Source of the DNA: Eledone cirrhosa
Lineage: Eukaryota
Length of the DNA stretch: 64,000 nucleotides
Direction of reading: 5' to 3'
NCBI GenBank assembly: GCA_964016885.1
Contig: OZ024744.1
Coordinates: 51,894,001 to 51,958,000, forward strand
Shown here: in pieces, positions 34,979-48,049 of the stretch
Layout: each line of letters opens with the position of its first letter
Numbering within the stretch: the stretch's first letter is position 1
Program-made: the position numbers and the translations under genes
The notes under the pieces: generated by a model
Told to the model about the DNA's origin: nothing
The model's input: the letters and a program-made list of their open reading frames with translations, nothing else
Database searches by the model: none

Positions 34979-35423
34979 CCTATTCGTATCACCATGATAC
35001 TCGGGACCGTTTTAATTCCCAGTCTGCTTCCGGATCAGTTCATCATTTTCTCATCACTGCGTGTTCAGCACAAAATTACAATACCTGCGTGTCCTTTTCT
35101 AAGAGACTATAGTGAGATATGCAGTTGATATGACTGTTTTTTCTTGTAGCGAGAGCAACTACATAGAGGCTACGGTATCGACTCGATAATAGCATTGTTT
35201 TTTTTGTTTTTTTTTCAATGCTTTTTTTTTCAATGTTTTTTTTTCAATCAGATAAGCCGCCATTTTGGTTGTTTTCGTTCACTGAGTTTTATTTTCAACA
35301 CAACGAAGAGATTATTTACAGGGAAACAGGAAGTCAGACAATCTCGATAAACAACTGAACATTTGATACTGTGACATTGTTGACTGGCTTTTATCACTAA
35401 TATTGTACTTCTTATTGTGTGTC

Positions 35424-35498
<75 letters not shown>

Positions 35499-35899
35499 AT
35501 GTGTGTGTGTCTGGGTATGTATGTATAAATATATATATATATAAATAACTATATATATAATGTTCAAAAGGACAAACAAAGAAACGCAGGCGTCAATGGT
35601 ACATAGTGTTATTAACTTCACGCTTGGTGAGAGAGGGGGAGGTTGCGATGTTTCGGACATAAGTCCTTCATCTGGAAATTAGGGACATCTACACCCTTCT
35701 CACACCCTTCATTTTCACATTTTTTAAATTCTATTTTTATTTATTTTTATTTTTATTTTTATTTTTATTTTTATTTTTATTTTTATTTTTATTTTTATTT
35801 TTATTTTTCCCTTCTTTTCATGTTCTTCCGGTTAACGTCTCTCTTTCCTAGCCTCACTACTGCTCGTAGTTCCTCAACATTACCAAACTTAGACTAATT

Positions 35900-36170
35900 A
35901 CATCAATTATTCAAACTATATGGTTATATAAAAAGATCAACTCGTGGTGTGAGTAGGTTATGTCTGGAAGGAAGCTTAGCTGGTAAGAGAAGCAGAGGCC
36001 GGCAGCCAAAACGATGGCTTGACAATGTCAACTTATAATCTGGACTTGATCTTTGCTCTTTGAACTCTGCAGCTGGTGATCGAACTTTGTGGAGAGAGAT
36101 ATCACATGTTGATGCGCAGTCTGCAACCGGCGGAGTTTAACGTCACAAGATTGAATAAAGAACCTGATGG
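35900..36170 (+). mobile_element. RTE-clade LINE 3' fragment
   Basis: YGYIKRSTRGVSRLCLEGSLAGKRSRGRQPKRWLDNV, the characteristic RTE C-terminal G-R-RGR-W motif. Confidence 0.8.
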
Positions 36171-36241
36171 TAATAATTGCAGCATCCTTGATCATAGTTC
36201 TACTGTATCATGACTGGCCAAGGGTTTAAAGAACAACGACG

Positions 36242-36305
<64 letters not shown>

Positions 36306-36709
36306 GAACTATAGACACCAATATTCATGATCTAGCTTTTCATATTCTATAACTTAATAAATGAATAAATGTCCTGACCGAGCCAATCACACCTTCATAC
36401 AGAGAAAGTATTATCTTATAATTGTTTCTACTATTGGCACAAGGCCAAGTATAATGCTTTGTTAACAAGGCGCTGTGTATAAAAACATTACGTCGATGAA
36501 CGATGATAATATTCATAGATATACTCATGTATATAATAAAGGTTCATTGGATATTTGTCGACCATCAGATAAGATTTGGCATCTAAAGAAATAATGAAAG
36601 ATAAATCTTGTGATGATCACAGCTGAAACATTGTTGATCAAAGCCTGCTGCCCCAGGACTGACCTAGTAGAATTATAAAGAAAACAAAAACACAAAAACA
36701 ATGAAAAAA

Positions 36710-37112
36710 ACAACAATAACAATGATAACAGCAGCAGTACCTATGATTACTTCAACAACAACAGCAGCAACAATCCTGACTAATACAACAACAACAACAG
36801 CACCAGCACAACAATTATGACAACAACAACAACAAGAATAATAGTGATGACCGCGACAACAATAACAACAACAACTACAATGACGTCAACAACAAGAACA
36901 ACAACAAGAACAACAAGTGCAAAAACGACAACAACGACACCGACAACAACAGCAACGACAACAACAACGAGAACAATTACGACAACAAAAACAACAACAA
37001 CAACGACAACGACAACATCATCAACAACAACAACAACTACGACAACAATTATGACAACAACAACAACTAGAAAAAAGTTAATAAGAACGACGACAATAAC
37101 AACGACGACATA
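36710..37112. repeat. Degenerate (ACA)n low-complexity tract (similar tracts at 23683-23832, 24303-24536, 36230-36306)
   Basis: Direct reading. Confidence 0.9.
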
Positions 37113-37778
37113 ATAAAATGGCGTCATGCCTGGTCGTTATTCGTCGATAAATTGCCAATATGTCTTAAAAGCCACACGAAATAAAATTAAAAACAAAAAG
37201 CAAAAACAAACAAAAATAAAACAAAAACAAAAACAAAACAATACATAAAATATAAACAAAATAAAAACAACAACAGCAACAACAAAAACAAAAGAAAGAA
37301 ACCACCACCACCACCACCACCATCAACAACAACGACAACGAATCAAAAGAATCCGTTACCATCTGTTGCAAAGATATCCCTTTTACTTAACTGAAAATGA
37401 AACAATATCACAACACTAATTCTACACAATTGAAATGCAATGCCAGCTATTTTTTTAATTTTATATATCTTTCTATTTCTTTATGTATTTTTATACATTT
37501 ATGTTTTTGTATTTTTAGTTGTTTTTTTTATTACTTTTTTCTTGCGAGAAGACCAACGGCTGGAGTTGTGTCAGAGGTCAGAGGTCAAAGGTCAAAGTTT
37601 TTATGCTGAAGATTGCCAGTTTTGTCTTGAGAGGCCAAATCAAGGTGCCGGGGGCATGATGAGTGAATGGTGGTTGAAGTAATGTGCAAACGTTTGTGTG
37701 TGTATGTGAGTGTGTGTGTGTGTGTGTGTTGGCGTGCATGCATGTGTGTACGTTCAAAGGTATGTGCGTGTGTGAGTA

Positions 37779-37868
<90 letters not shown>

Positions 37869-37900
37869 CACAGAGACACTCACACACAAATATATATATA

Positions 37901-38022
<122 letters not shown>

Positions 38023-38382
38023 TTGTGTATATATATATGTATATATGTGAATGTGTGTGTGTGTGTGTTAAGTATTAAAACATATATGGGAATATGTGCC
38101 AAAATATCACCTATCAAAATATAATCTACATATTTATTTTTTATTAATACAGGTGAAAAGGGAACAAATAGCTTTCGCCATTATTTGAATAGTATGGGTG
38201 TGTGATGGAGGGTTAGTTTGTGGGTTGGGTGAGGTTAGATAGGTTGGGGTGTGATGGAATCAACTGAATACGGTACATACAGTTCCATGCATTTGTATTT
38301 CTAGAAGCAGACGTCTACCAACAAATCATTTTACCTATCTTTTTATAAATCTATCTATCTCTCGCTTTTTTCCGTATATATG

Positions 38383-38419
<37 letters not shown>

Positions 38420-38668
38420 GTATGTATGTATGTATATATATACTGGTATCCACCTATTTATGGTAGGGCCGATAACGTTGAACTCAATGTGGTCTTGAAG
38501 AGAGGGTTTCAACAAGATTAGGCGGTAACTGTTATAGCTTTTGTAGAAGGCTCACATCACATAAGGTTCCCTCGAAGATTCTGCTCAAGCTACGGAGTCA
38601 TTTATATATATGTCGTGTATTTTGAACAATGAAAATAAAACAAATTCGAATTACTTAATTACTTCATT

Positions 38669-38765
38669 GTTTTACGATCGTTTCAGAGGGCTGATTGATA
38701 TATTGACTAGCAGGTGGTAGTTATGTCACTACCAATTTCTAGTCTTGAACCCCTCATCAAGCACA
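38669..38765 (-). ncRNA. Degenerate hammerhead motif with long stem II
   Basis: TTGATGA (C3 changed to T)...nested GACTAG/CTAGTC and GGTAGT/ACTACC...GAAACGATCGTA; stem I poor. Confidence 0.45.
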
Positions 38766-39009
38766 CCGTGTTCCTCGGAAATAATCTACAATGATCAATG
38801 AGCCCTCTGATTATTTGCGCATATAAATTCGCATAAGTGACGAGATATCGAAAAAGTGTCGGGCACCGTCACCATGATCGATATCGACACAATTGTAAAA
38901 TGCAAATAAAGTTTGTACATATGCTGCAACACTGACTTCGATTCTTCTTAATCTCTCTCTCTCTCCCCCTCTCTCTCTCTCTCTTTCTCTCTCCTTCTCT
39001 CTCTCCCTC

Positions 39010-39067
<58 letters not shown>

Positions 39068-39225
39068 GAATGAAACAGTTCTAGTCCTGTAGAAGCCATT
39101 TCTATATTAAGTATTTATACTCTGCTATGTATTGAGTACCTTACTTATAGTGGTTACCGCCGATTGAAGCCGGGATAAACACACACACACACATATATAT
39201 ATATATGTGTGTGTGTGTGTGCCAG

Positions 39226-39279
<54 letters not shown>

Positions 39280-39789
39280 GATAGAGTGAGAGAGAGCGAG
39301 AGAGAGAGAAATTAAGAAGAATCACAGTCAGTCCGAGGTATTCCAACTCCGCTACTACTCTACGCCGGAAACGTGTGATACCGTTACAGCAAAGCACCTC
39401 AGGCTATTGCTACCGTCTGTTTTTCCTTTGAAACTTTATCTCTCGATTAGGAATATACACAAACAATCAATTATTTTCAAAACATCGGATGACTTTGAAA
39501 ATATTTTAAGGTAGGTTTGTCATTTTGTAAACCTGCCCCAATGCAAGTTAACCATGAAATAGTCGAATAAGTCAAAGAGTTATGAATGGGGATAAAGCTG
39601 AGAATGTGAAAGTATCGGCGTGAGGTAGAAAATAATATAGAATAATGAAGTAAAAAAAACACTTTCAAAATGTTCACTGTCCAATGGGTGAAACAAATAA
39701 AACATTAAAAGAATATTGATGCCATGTGGAAACATCTCTACGCCTCGTATATTCTCAGAAAAGGTGACAGGATAATGTCTATACCAATG

Positions 39790-40140
39790 GAACTGGAGAT
39801 CTTATTTGAATGAATCCTAATGAGAACTAGAAACACGTTTCATTTGGAAGTTGGAGTTGAGGAGTTGGAGAAGGGGAAGTAAGTATGGCCTTCACAGGTC
39901 CTTTGCAACCGGAGATATTGATGGCGTTGATGTCTTGTTTAAATTGTTTAAATTTCGTAAAGACATGAGCACGGTGAGAGCTTCCGAGACCTGGTATCCT
40001 GTAAAGGAATTTCTAGGCGTAGTAGATTTTGTGGGATTTCATGAGTGGACACAATATAGGTGTTGAGGAGAGACGTGTGGAGATAACATAAGACAAGCAA
40101 TCTCGGAGGAGCAGAGAGCATGTCTCCTTACATTCCGATT
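39790..40140 (-). mobile_element. Possible decayed Penelope/Neptune linker/GIY-YIG fragment
   Basis: Degenerate Cys-linker-like peptide only. Confidence 0.3.
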
Positions 40141-40316
40141 TGAAATACCACCAAGACAATTGGTTGCATGTCTTTTTAAAGTCAACAATTTAAGCGCTTA
40201 TCAAGTAAGTTAAAAAGTAAAGTGTCCTTAATTCCTAATGAAGTCATCAACCTAGCATTTAAAATATTGCAGAGCTCATCATTTTCTAGGTCAGATCACA
40301 TCACAGCCAACCTGTT

Positions 40317-40369
<53 letters not shown>

Positions 40370-40531
40370 CAGGGAGAGCTAGACAGTGAGTGTGTGACAG
40401 TGTGTGTGTGTGAGAGAGAGAGTGAGTGTATGAGTGTGTGTGTGAGTGTGTGAGAGAGTGTGAGTGTGTGTGAGTGTGTGAGAGTGAGAAAGGGAGAGCC
40501 TGTGTGAGTAAGAGAGAGAGACAGAGAGAGA

Positions 40532-40587
<56 letters not shown>

Positions 40588-41098
40588 AGGTACATTATTT
40601 ATTGACCTCAAAATGATGGAAGGCAAGTTGACCTCGGCGAGATAATTTTCAAATACTGGAGTCGTTGCCAAGCAGTTTCCATTCAGCAAATCTCACTCAA
40701 ATTAGTAGAAGATATCTAACCAAAGTATGAAGCAGCAGAAATGAACCCACAACCACGTGGTTACCAAGAGAGCTCCTTAGCTACACCACAATGCCTGTAA
40801 CTATATTAAGTATATTTTTCATAAATTTGTCAACGGAAGTGTATGTGGGAGTGGGGAGTAAGGAAAAGAAATCAATAACATTTGTAATCTCTCCCTTCCC
40901 TGGTGATATCGATGCGGGTCAATACTCAGCCAGAACATCTGCAGATCAATACTTGCAATACATCTGTGTGTGGGGAGGGGAAGGGACAGAGAATCAGATC
41001 CGAATGATTGCAACAGATTGAAATCTGTTGAAGGAGACACCCCACCACGCACACACATACATCCACACACACACACATATACACACAAACATACATAT

Positions 41099-41214
<116 letters not shown>

Positions 41215-41229
41215 GTATATATTTATATG

Positions 41230-41261
<32 letters not shown>

Positions 41262-41330
41262 CTCATACACATACACACATATATAAATATATATACATAC
41301 ATACACGCATATACACAGATACACACACAC

Positions 41331-41366
<36 letters not shown>

Positions 41367-41423
41367 TCATATATTTACACACATATACACAGAGGTACAT
41401 ATAAACACACACATGCGTATGTG

Positions 41424-41491
<68 letters not shown>

Positions 41492-41603
41492 AAGGCTAAG
41501 CTTGAGTCTTGGTTAAGGTTATATTTTATCTCTGCTCTAGAATTGAGTACTCATTTCCATGACCATCAATACTAGGTTCATACATATACACATACACACA
41601 CAC

Positions 41604-41634
<31 letters not shown>

Positions 41635-41711
41635 CAAACATATACATACACACATACATACAAACATACATGCACACTTAATTACATATATGTATGTATT
41701 ATGTATGTATG

Positions 41712-42105
41712 TTTATCTTTCTCTTAATTTCGAGTACATTTTTGACCCGCCACCTTCCCGGTGGCAAGGTTGTAAAAGAATAGAAATTGTCATCGCTTCA
41801 ATCACAAGAATGTTTTGCCAATTTTGAAGGTGCCAGCTATCGCAGCCATTTGCAGTCTATGAATTAGGGAGCTGTGCTCTTTGTCCACAAATCCCAGTTC
41901 AGTCATACTTTGGTCCAAGCGGGTTGGTATATAACCTGTAGCTCCAATAATGATGGGTATGAAGCTGAAGGTGTATCTTGGATACTGGATCTGGAAACTC
42001 CTCATCAATGGTCCGTAGATGTTCTCTTTCTCTTGTATTTTTCTTACAACGTTGACATCAAGTGGGCAGCTGATCTCTACAACAGAGCATGTTTTCAATG
42101 TATAT
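41712..42105 (-). mobile_element. R4/Dong-like 3' fragment (RLE C-terminus + 3'UTR)
   Basis: CSVVEISCPLDVNVVRKIQEKENIYGPLMR...FIPIIIGATGY, homologous to 52640-52930; ends in (CATA)n on the minus strand. Confidence 0.88.
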
Positions 42106-42305
42106 ACATATATATATATATTCAATGTATATAGCTACGGTATATATTTGAGGTCGTTGTCAGCATTTAAGCCGCGCACACATATACACATATACGTATT
42201 TAAAACACACACACATATATGTGTGTGTGTGTGTGTGTGTACTATATACATAATACATACATACATGCATAGATACATACATATATATATGCATACATAT
42301 ATATA

Positions 42306-42640
42306 TCTGTATATATATAAAATTAAGTATGTGTGTGTGTGTGTGTGTCTGTGTGTCTGTGTATTACCTATAGGGGCCTACATCTTACGACCGATTTTCA
42401 TGAAACTTTACAGGCTCATAGATCAAGACATCGGGGAATGTTTTCTATATAGTAGCGTATCGTTCTTTTTTTTATTCCGGGGTCATTCTGCAGATAAAAA
42501 TCGATAGGGGAGGTCATATTTTTTTAGGTATCGAAAAATGAGGTTTTTGGCTCCAGCTTCCACATTTTGGCACCGATTTCGTTCAAATTTTAAAGCAAAA
42601 TAGAATTTATCATTGCACATCCTGTAATCGCGGTCTTTAA
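42306..42640 (+). mobile_element. Possible non-autonomous Helitron/Helentron-like 5' portion
   Basis: TC...ATATATAAAA start, (TG)n/TGTCTG tract, CCGATTTTCATGAAACTT motif echoed at ~42571. Confidence 0.4.
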
Positions 42641-43006
42641 AATATGTCACTCTATGAAATAGTCAAAAGAGACTTGGTCATTTGATAAATATAGAATTTC
42701 AGTAATATCAGTAGTAATAAATCAGTACCAGACTGAAATAAATACTGGGTGTTCATTTGATTCACTAAAATTTTGAACGTGGTGCTTCAACATAGCGGAA
42801 CTACAATGACTGAAGCAAGGATATGTCTATATAAATATGTTTGTATGTATGTATGTATGCATGTATATATGTATGCATATATGTATGTATGTACGCATGT
42901 AATGTATGTAGGTATGTATGTAAAAGGGAAACATAAATAACAACACAATCGGTACAGTATATGTAAGGAATATATTAGGTTAACGCTTGATATAGCAGGA
43001 AGAAGG

Positions 43007-43042
43007 TCTTAACATTTCGGACGCTAGTCCTTCATCAGAAGA
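43007..43042 (-). ncRNA. Minimal hammerhead ribozyme motif
   Basis: tctt CTGATGA A GGAC tagc GTCC GAAA TGTT aaga. Confidence 0.7.
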
Positions 43043-43147
43043 AAGAATGAGAAATAAGATAGATTGAAGGGACGGGCGGGTTGGAATTGGAAAAAAATGT
43101 TTTTAGATAAAAATAACAGGTCCATTCATGTAGACATTTCTTGGGGT

Positions 43148-43244
43148 TCTTCTGGTTTTTAATTTTATAAATTGTTGTCAATAGAGTGAATCGGTTTCTA
43201 ACATAGACACAAGACTCTCTCATTGGAATTTACACAACATCAAC
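43148..43244 (-). mobile_element. 3'UTR of another copy of the R4/Dong family, cut by the assembly gap
   Basis: Reverse complement of 53067-53167 (GTTGATGTTGTGTAAATTCCAATGAGAGAGTCTTGTGTCTAT...AAAACCAGAAGAAC). Confidence 0.88.
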
Positions 43245-43444
43245 NNNNNNNNNNNNNNNNNNNNNNNNNNNNNNNNNNNNNNNNNNNNNNNNNNNNNNNN
43301 NNNNNNNNNNNNNNNNNNNNNNNNNNNNNNNNNNNNNNNNNNNNNNNNNNNNNNNNNNNNNNNNNNNNNNNNNNNNNNNNNNNNNNNNNNNNNNNNNNNN
43401 NNNNNNNNNNNNNNNNNNNNNNNNNNNNNNNNNNNNNNNNNNNN
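43245..43444. other. Assembly gap (200 N)
   Basis: Run of N; the round length suggests an arbitrary scaffolding gap. Confidence 0.99.
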
Positions 43445-46371
43445 ATTAGGTGTACAGGAGGTGTACAGGGGGTGTACAGGAGGTGTACAGGAAGGTGTAC
43501 AGGAGGTGTACAGGAAGTGTACAGGAGGTGTACAGGGGGTGTACAGGAGGTGTACAGGAGGTGTACAGGAGGTGTACAGGAGGTGTACAGGAGGTGTATA
43601 GGAGGTGTACAGGAGGTGTACAGGAGGTGTATAGGAGGTGTACAGGAGGTGTACAGGAGGTGTACATTAGGTGTACAGGAGGTGTACAGGGGGTGTACAG
43701 GAGGTGTACAGGAGGTGTACAGGAGGTGTACAGGGGGGTGTACAGGAGGTGTACAGGAGGTGTACAGGAGGTGTACAGGAGGTGTACAGGAGGTGTACAG
43801 GAGGTGTATAGGAGGTGTACAGGAGGTGTACAGGAGGTGTACAGGAGGTGTACAGGAGGTGTATAGGAGGTGTACAGGAGGTGTACAGGAGGTGTACAGG
43901 AGGTGTACAGGAGGTGTACAGGAGGTGTACAGGAGGTGTACAGGAGGTGTACAGGAGGTGTACAGGGGGTGTACAGGAAGTGTACAGGAGGTGTACAGGA
44001 GGTGTACAGGAGGTGTACAGGAGGTGTACAGGAGGTGTACAGGAGGTGTACAGGAGGTGTACAGGAGGTGTACAGGAGGTGTATAGGAGGTGTACAGGAG
44101 GTGTACAGGAGGTGTACAGGAAGTGTACAGGAGATGTACAGGAGGTGTACAGGAGGTGTACAGGAGGTGTACAGGAGGTGTACAGGAGGTGTACAGGAGG
44201 TGTACAGGAGGTGTACAGGAGGTGTACAGGAGGTGTACAGGAGGTGTACAGGAGGTGTACAGGAAGTGTACAGGAGGTGTACAGGAGGTGTACAGGAAGT
44301 GTACAGGAGGTGTACAGGAGGTGTACAGGAAGTGTACAGGAGGTGTACAGGAGGTGTACAGGGGGGTGTACAGGAGATGTACAGGAGGTGTACAGGAGGT
44401 GTACAGGAGGTGTACGGGAGGTGTACAGGAGGTGTACAGGAAGTGTACAGGAGGTGTACAGGAGGTGTACAGGGGGTGTACAGGAGGTGTACAGGGGGTG
44501 TACAGGAGGTGTACAGGAGGTGTACAGGAAGTGTACAGGAGGTGTACAGGAGGTGTACAGGAGGTGTACAGGAGGTGTACAGGAGGTGTACAGGAGGTGT
44601 ACAGGAGGTGTACAGGAGGTGTACAGGAGGTGTACAGGAGGTGTACAGGAGATGTACAGGAGGTGTACAGGAGGTGTACAGGAGGTGTACAGGAGGTGTA
44701 CAGGAGGTGTACATTAGGTGTACAGGGGGTGTACAGGAGATGTACAGGAGGTGTACAGGAGGTGTACAGGAGGTGTACAGGAGGTGTACAGGAGGTGTAC
44801 AGGAGGTGTACAGGAGGTGTACAGGAGGTGTACAGAAGGTGTACAGGAGGTGTACAGGAGGTGTACAGGAGGTGTACAGGGGGTGTACAGGAGGTGTACA
44901 GGAAGTGTACAGGATGTGTACAGAAGGTGTACAGGAGGTGTACAGGGGGTGTACAGGAGGTGTACAGGAAGTGTACAGGAGGTGTACAGGAGGTGTACAG
45001 GAGGTGTACAGGAGGTGTACAGGGGGTGTACAGGAGGTGTACAGGAAGTGTACAGGAGGTGTACAGGAGGTGTACAGGAGGTGTACAGGAGGTGTACAGG
45101 AGGTGTACAGGAGGTGTACAGGAGGTGTACAGGAGGTGTACAGGAAGTGTACAGGAGGTGTACAGGAGGTGTACAGGAGGTGTACAGGGGGTGTACAGGA
45201 GATGTACAGGAGGTGTACAGGAAGTGTACAGGAGGTGTACAGGAGGTGTACAGGAGGTGTACAGGGGGTGTACAGGAGGTGTACAGGAGGTGTACAGGAA
45301 GTGTACAGGAGGTGTACAGGAGGTGTACAGGAGGTGTACAGGGGGTGTACAGGAGATGTACAGGAGGTGTACAGGAGGTGTACAGGAAGTGTACAGGTGT
45401 ACAGGAGGTGTACAGGAGGTGTACAGGAGGTGTACAGGGGGTGTACAGGAGGTGTACAGGAGGTGTACAGGAGGTGTACAGGAAGTGTACAGGAGGTGTA
45501 CAGGAGGTGTACAGGAGGTGTACAGGAGGTGTACAGGAAGTGTACAGGAGATGTACAGGAGGTGTACAGGAGGTGTACAGGAGGTGTACAGGAGGTGTAC
45601 AGGAGGTGTACAGGAGGTGTACATTAGGTGTACAGGAGGTGTACAGGAGGTGTACAGGAGGTGTACAGGAGGTGTACAGGAGGTGTACAGGAGGTGTACA
45701 GGGGGTGTACAGGAGGTGTACAGGAAGTGTACAGGAGATGTACAGGAGGTGTACAGGGGGTGTACATTAGGTGTACAGGAGGTGTACAGGAGGTGTACAG
45801 GAGGTGTACAGGAGGTGTACATTAGGTGTACAGGAGGTGTACAGGAGGTGTACAGGAGGTGTACAGGAGGTGTACAGGAGGTGTACAGGAGGTGTACAGG
45901 GGGTGTACAGGAGGTGTACAGGAGGTGTACAGGAGATGTACAGGAGGTGTACAGGAGGTGTACAGGAGGTGTACAGGAGGTGTACAGGAGGTGTACATTA
46001 GGTGTACAGGAGGTGTACAGGAAGTGTACAGGAGGTGTACAGGGGGTGTACAGGAGGTGTACAGGAGATGTACAGGAGGTGTACAGGAGGTGTACAGGAG
46101 GTGTACAGGAGGTGTACAGGAGGTGTACAGGAGGTGTACAGGAGGTGTACATTAGGTGTACAGGAGGTGTACAGGAGGTGTACAGGAAGTGTACAGGAGG
46201 TCTACAGAAGGTGTATAGGAGGTGTACAGGAGGTGTACAGGGGGTGTACAGGAGGTGTACAGGAGGTGTACAGGAGGTGTACAGGAGGTGTACAGAAGGT
46301 GTATAGGAGGTGTACAGGAGGTGTACAGGGGGTGTACAGGAGGTGTACAGAAGGTGTACAGAAGGTGTACA
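43445..46371. repeat. 11-bp satellite (AGGTGTACAGG)n, ~265 units
   Basis: Direct reading; variants GGGGG, GGAAG, GAGAT, CATTAG; starts at the N gap. Confidence 0.98.
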
Positions 46372-46948
46372 GCAACAAAGGGGTACAGAAACTCGCAGGA
46401 AAATCTTAAAAACAGGATAGAAATTTTAAAAAAAAGGAAATAAAAAAGAGCAATCCCAGAGATCCCTTCCCCATTTACATCTATGTTAAAATAAAGAAAG
46501 GAATCTTCTAAAAGAGCATCACCGGTTTCAAGTACGCGGTGTGTCATACTCCACAAGTACCTTTTACCAAGGCTTTGGGTCAATTCAAATATTTTCAGCC
46601 AATTTCTATAGGCGGAAACTGTTTCGAAGATTTTTCAAATGAACTGAGTGTGTAATTCAAATATCCACATCAAATAGGTTTTGTTTACGACACGAAATTA
46701 ATAAATATAAATAACTATATGTCTAATTGTAGGCAGTTTTCGAATCTCAACAATATACCTCACAGTAAAATATTGTTTAAAATTCATCAAATTTGACTTA
46801 ATTTAGCTTTTCATGGGATCAATAAACAAATCATCATTTAATTAATCATAAGATAACATTGTAATAATATTTAAAGGAAACTAGAAACAGTAAAAGGAAA
46901 GAAGAAAAAGAAAAAAGTGAATGAAGTAACAAAGGTAACTGAAGGAGC

Positions 46949-47023
<75 letters not shown>

Positions 47024-47083
47024 AGGGAGGAAGGGGATATATATATATATACACACACACACATATAAATATATTTGTATACA

Positions 47084-47121
<38 letters not shown>

Positions 47122-47354
47122 CATATATAGTAATAATAATAAATTTGAAAACTAAAATCCAAAGAGGCCTCGATAAGGATAAATATATATCAAATATATA
47201 AGAACCGTAGAGCAAATATTTATTAAAATAACAGATTAAAGTTTAAGCAAAGAATCGCTGCTTTCACCCTTAACAGGATCTTCTGAAACATATATATATA
47301 TATATATCTTTATATATAATTGGTGTGGGATGCTTAAAGCATCCGTGGAATCGA

Positions 47355-47449
47355 GACGTATCTGACGACCTTGCGATTTCAGATGCAGGGTCGATCCTTA
47401 CATCGATCGTGCTTCGAGCTGTTCGCCAGAGAAACGATTGTTATATGTC
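47355..47449 (+). ncRNA. Hammerhead-like motif with long branched stem II
   Basis: gacgtat CTGACGA ...62 nt... GAAA CGATTG TT atatgtc; 7-bp stem I; base of stem II imperfect. Confidence 0.5.
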
Positions 47450-47492
47450 TAATAAATTATATTCGTCGCAACACTGATTCTCCGTTTCTTAT

Positions 47493-47598
<106 letters not shown>

Positions 47599-48049
47599 TG
47601 GAGAGATTCTGCACTCCTGTCAGTCTAGTGATTTGGCCGTGTCCCAAAGATAGAATGGCGAAGATATTGCCACAGAGAATGGCTAGCAACACCCATCACA
47701 CGGGGCCCCTTCCTAAGGCGGGTTGTGGTCGATTTCGTCAACACACTGAAGTATCATGACTCGTAGTTTTGAAATATTTCCAAAGGACGAAACCCAGATG
47801 TAAAATCCTCTTAGAACTCTTTATAAATTCAACCAAAACAAGGCAATAAGAACTGGACTAGACAAATATCCTAAAACTACTCCGAGACAAAGTAACCCAA
47901 CCTGATATATTTGATTAACTATAGGTATCAAATAATTAGGATGGTGCCGTCTATTGTATTACTTTGGTGTAAATGAAATAAAACACTATATATAAAAAGA
48001 AGGAATAAATATTAAAAAAAGCTAAACTACAGAAATGTCAAATATTTAA

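Noticed and set aside
43148-43460. Biological junction between the Dong 3'UTR and the 11-bp satellite
   Set aside because: Separated by an arbitrary 200-N gap; adjacency is unproven.
43240-46409. Long ORFs (up to 970 aa) of YRRCTGGVQEV / YTSCTPPVHLL
   Set aside because: Automatic consequence of a stop-free 11-bp unit; the same peptide appears in all frames; some ORFs run through Ns.
46400-46700. Peptide-like minus-strand frame (TQSLGKRYLWSMTHRVLETGDALLEDSF)
   Set aside because: No recognisable family, no clear splice sites, upstream stop.
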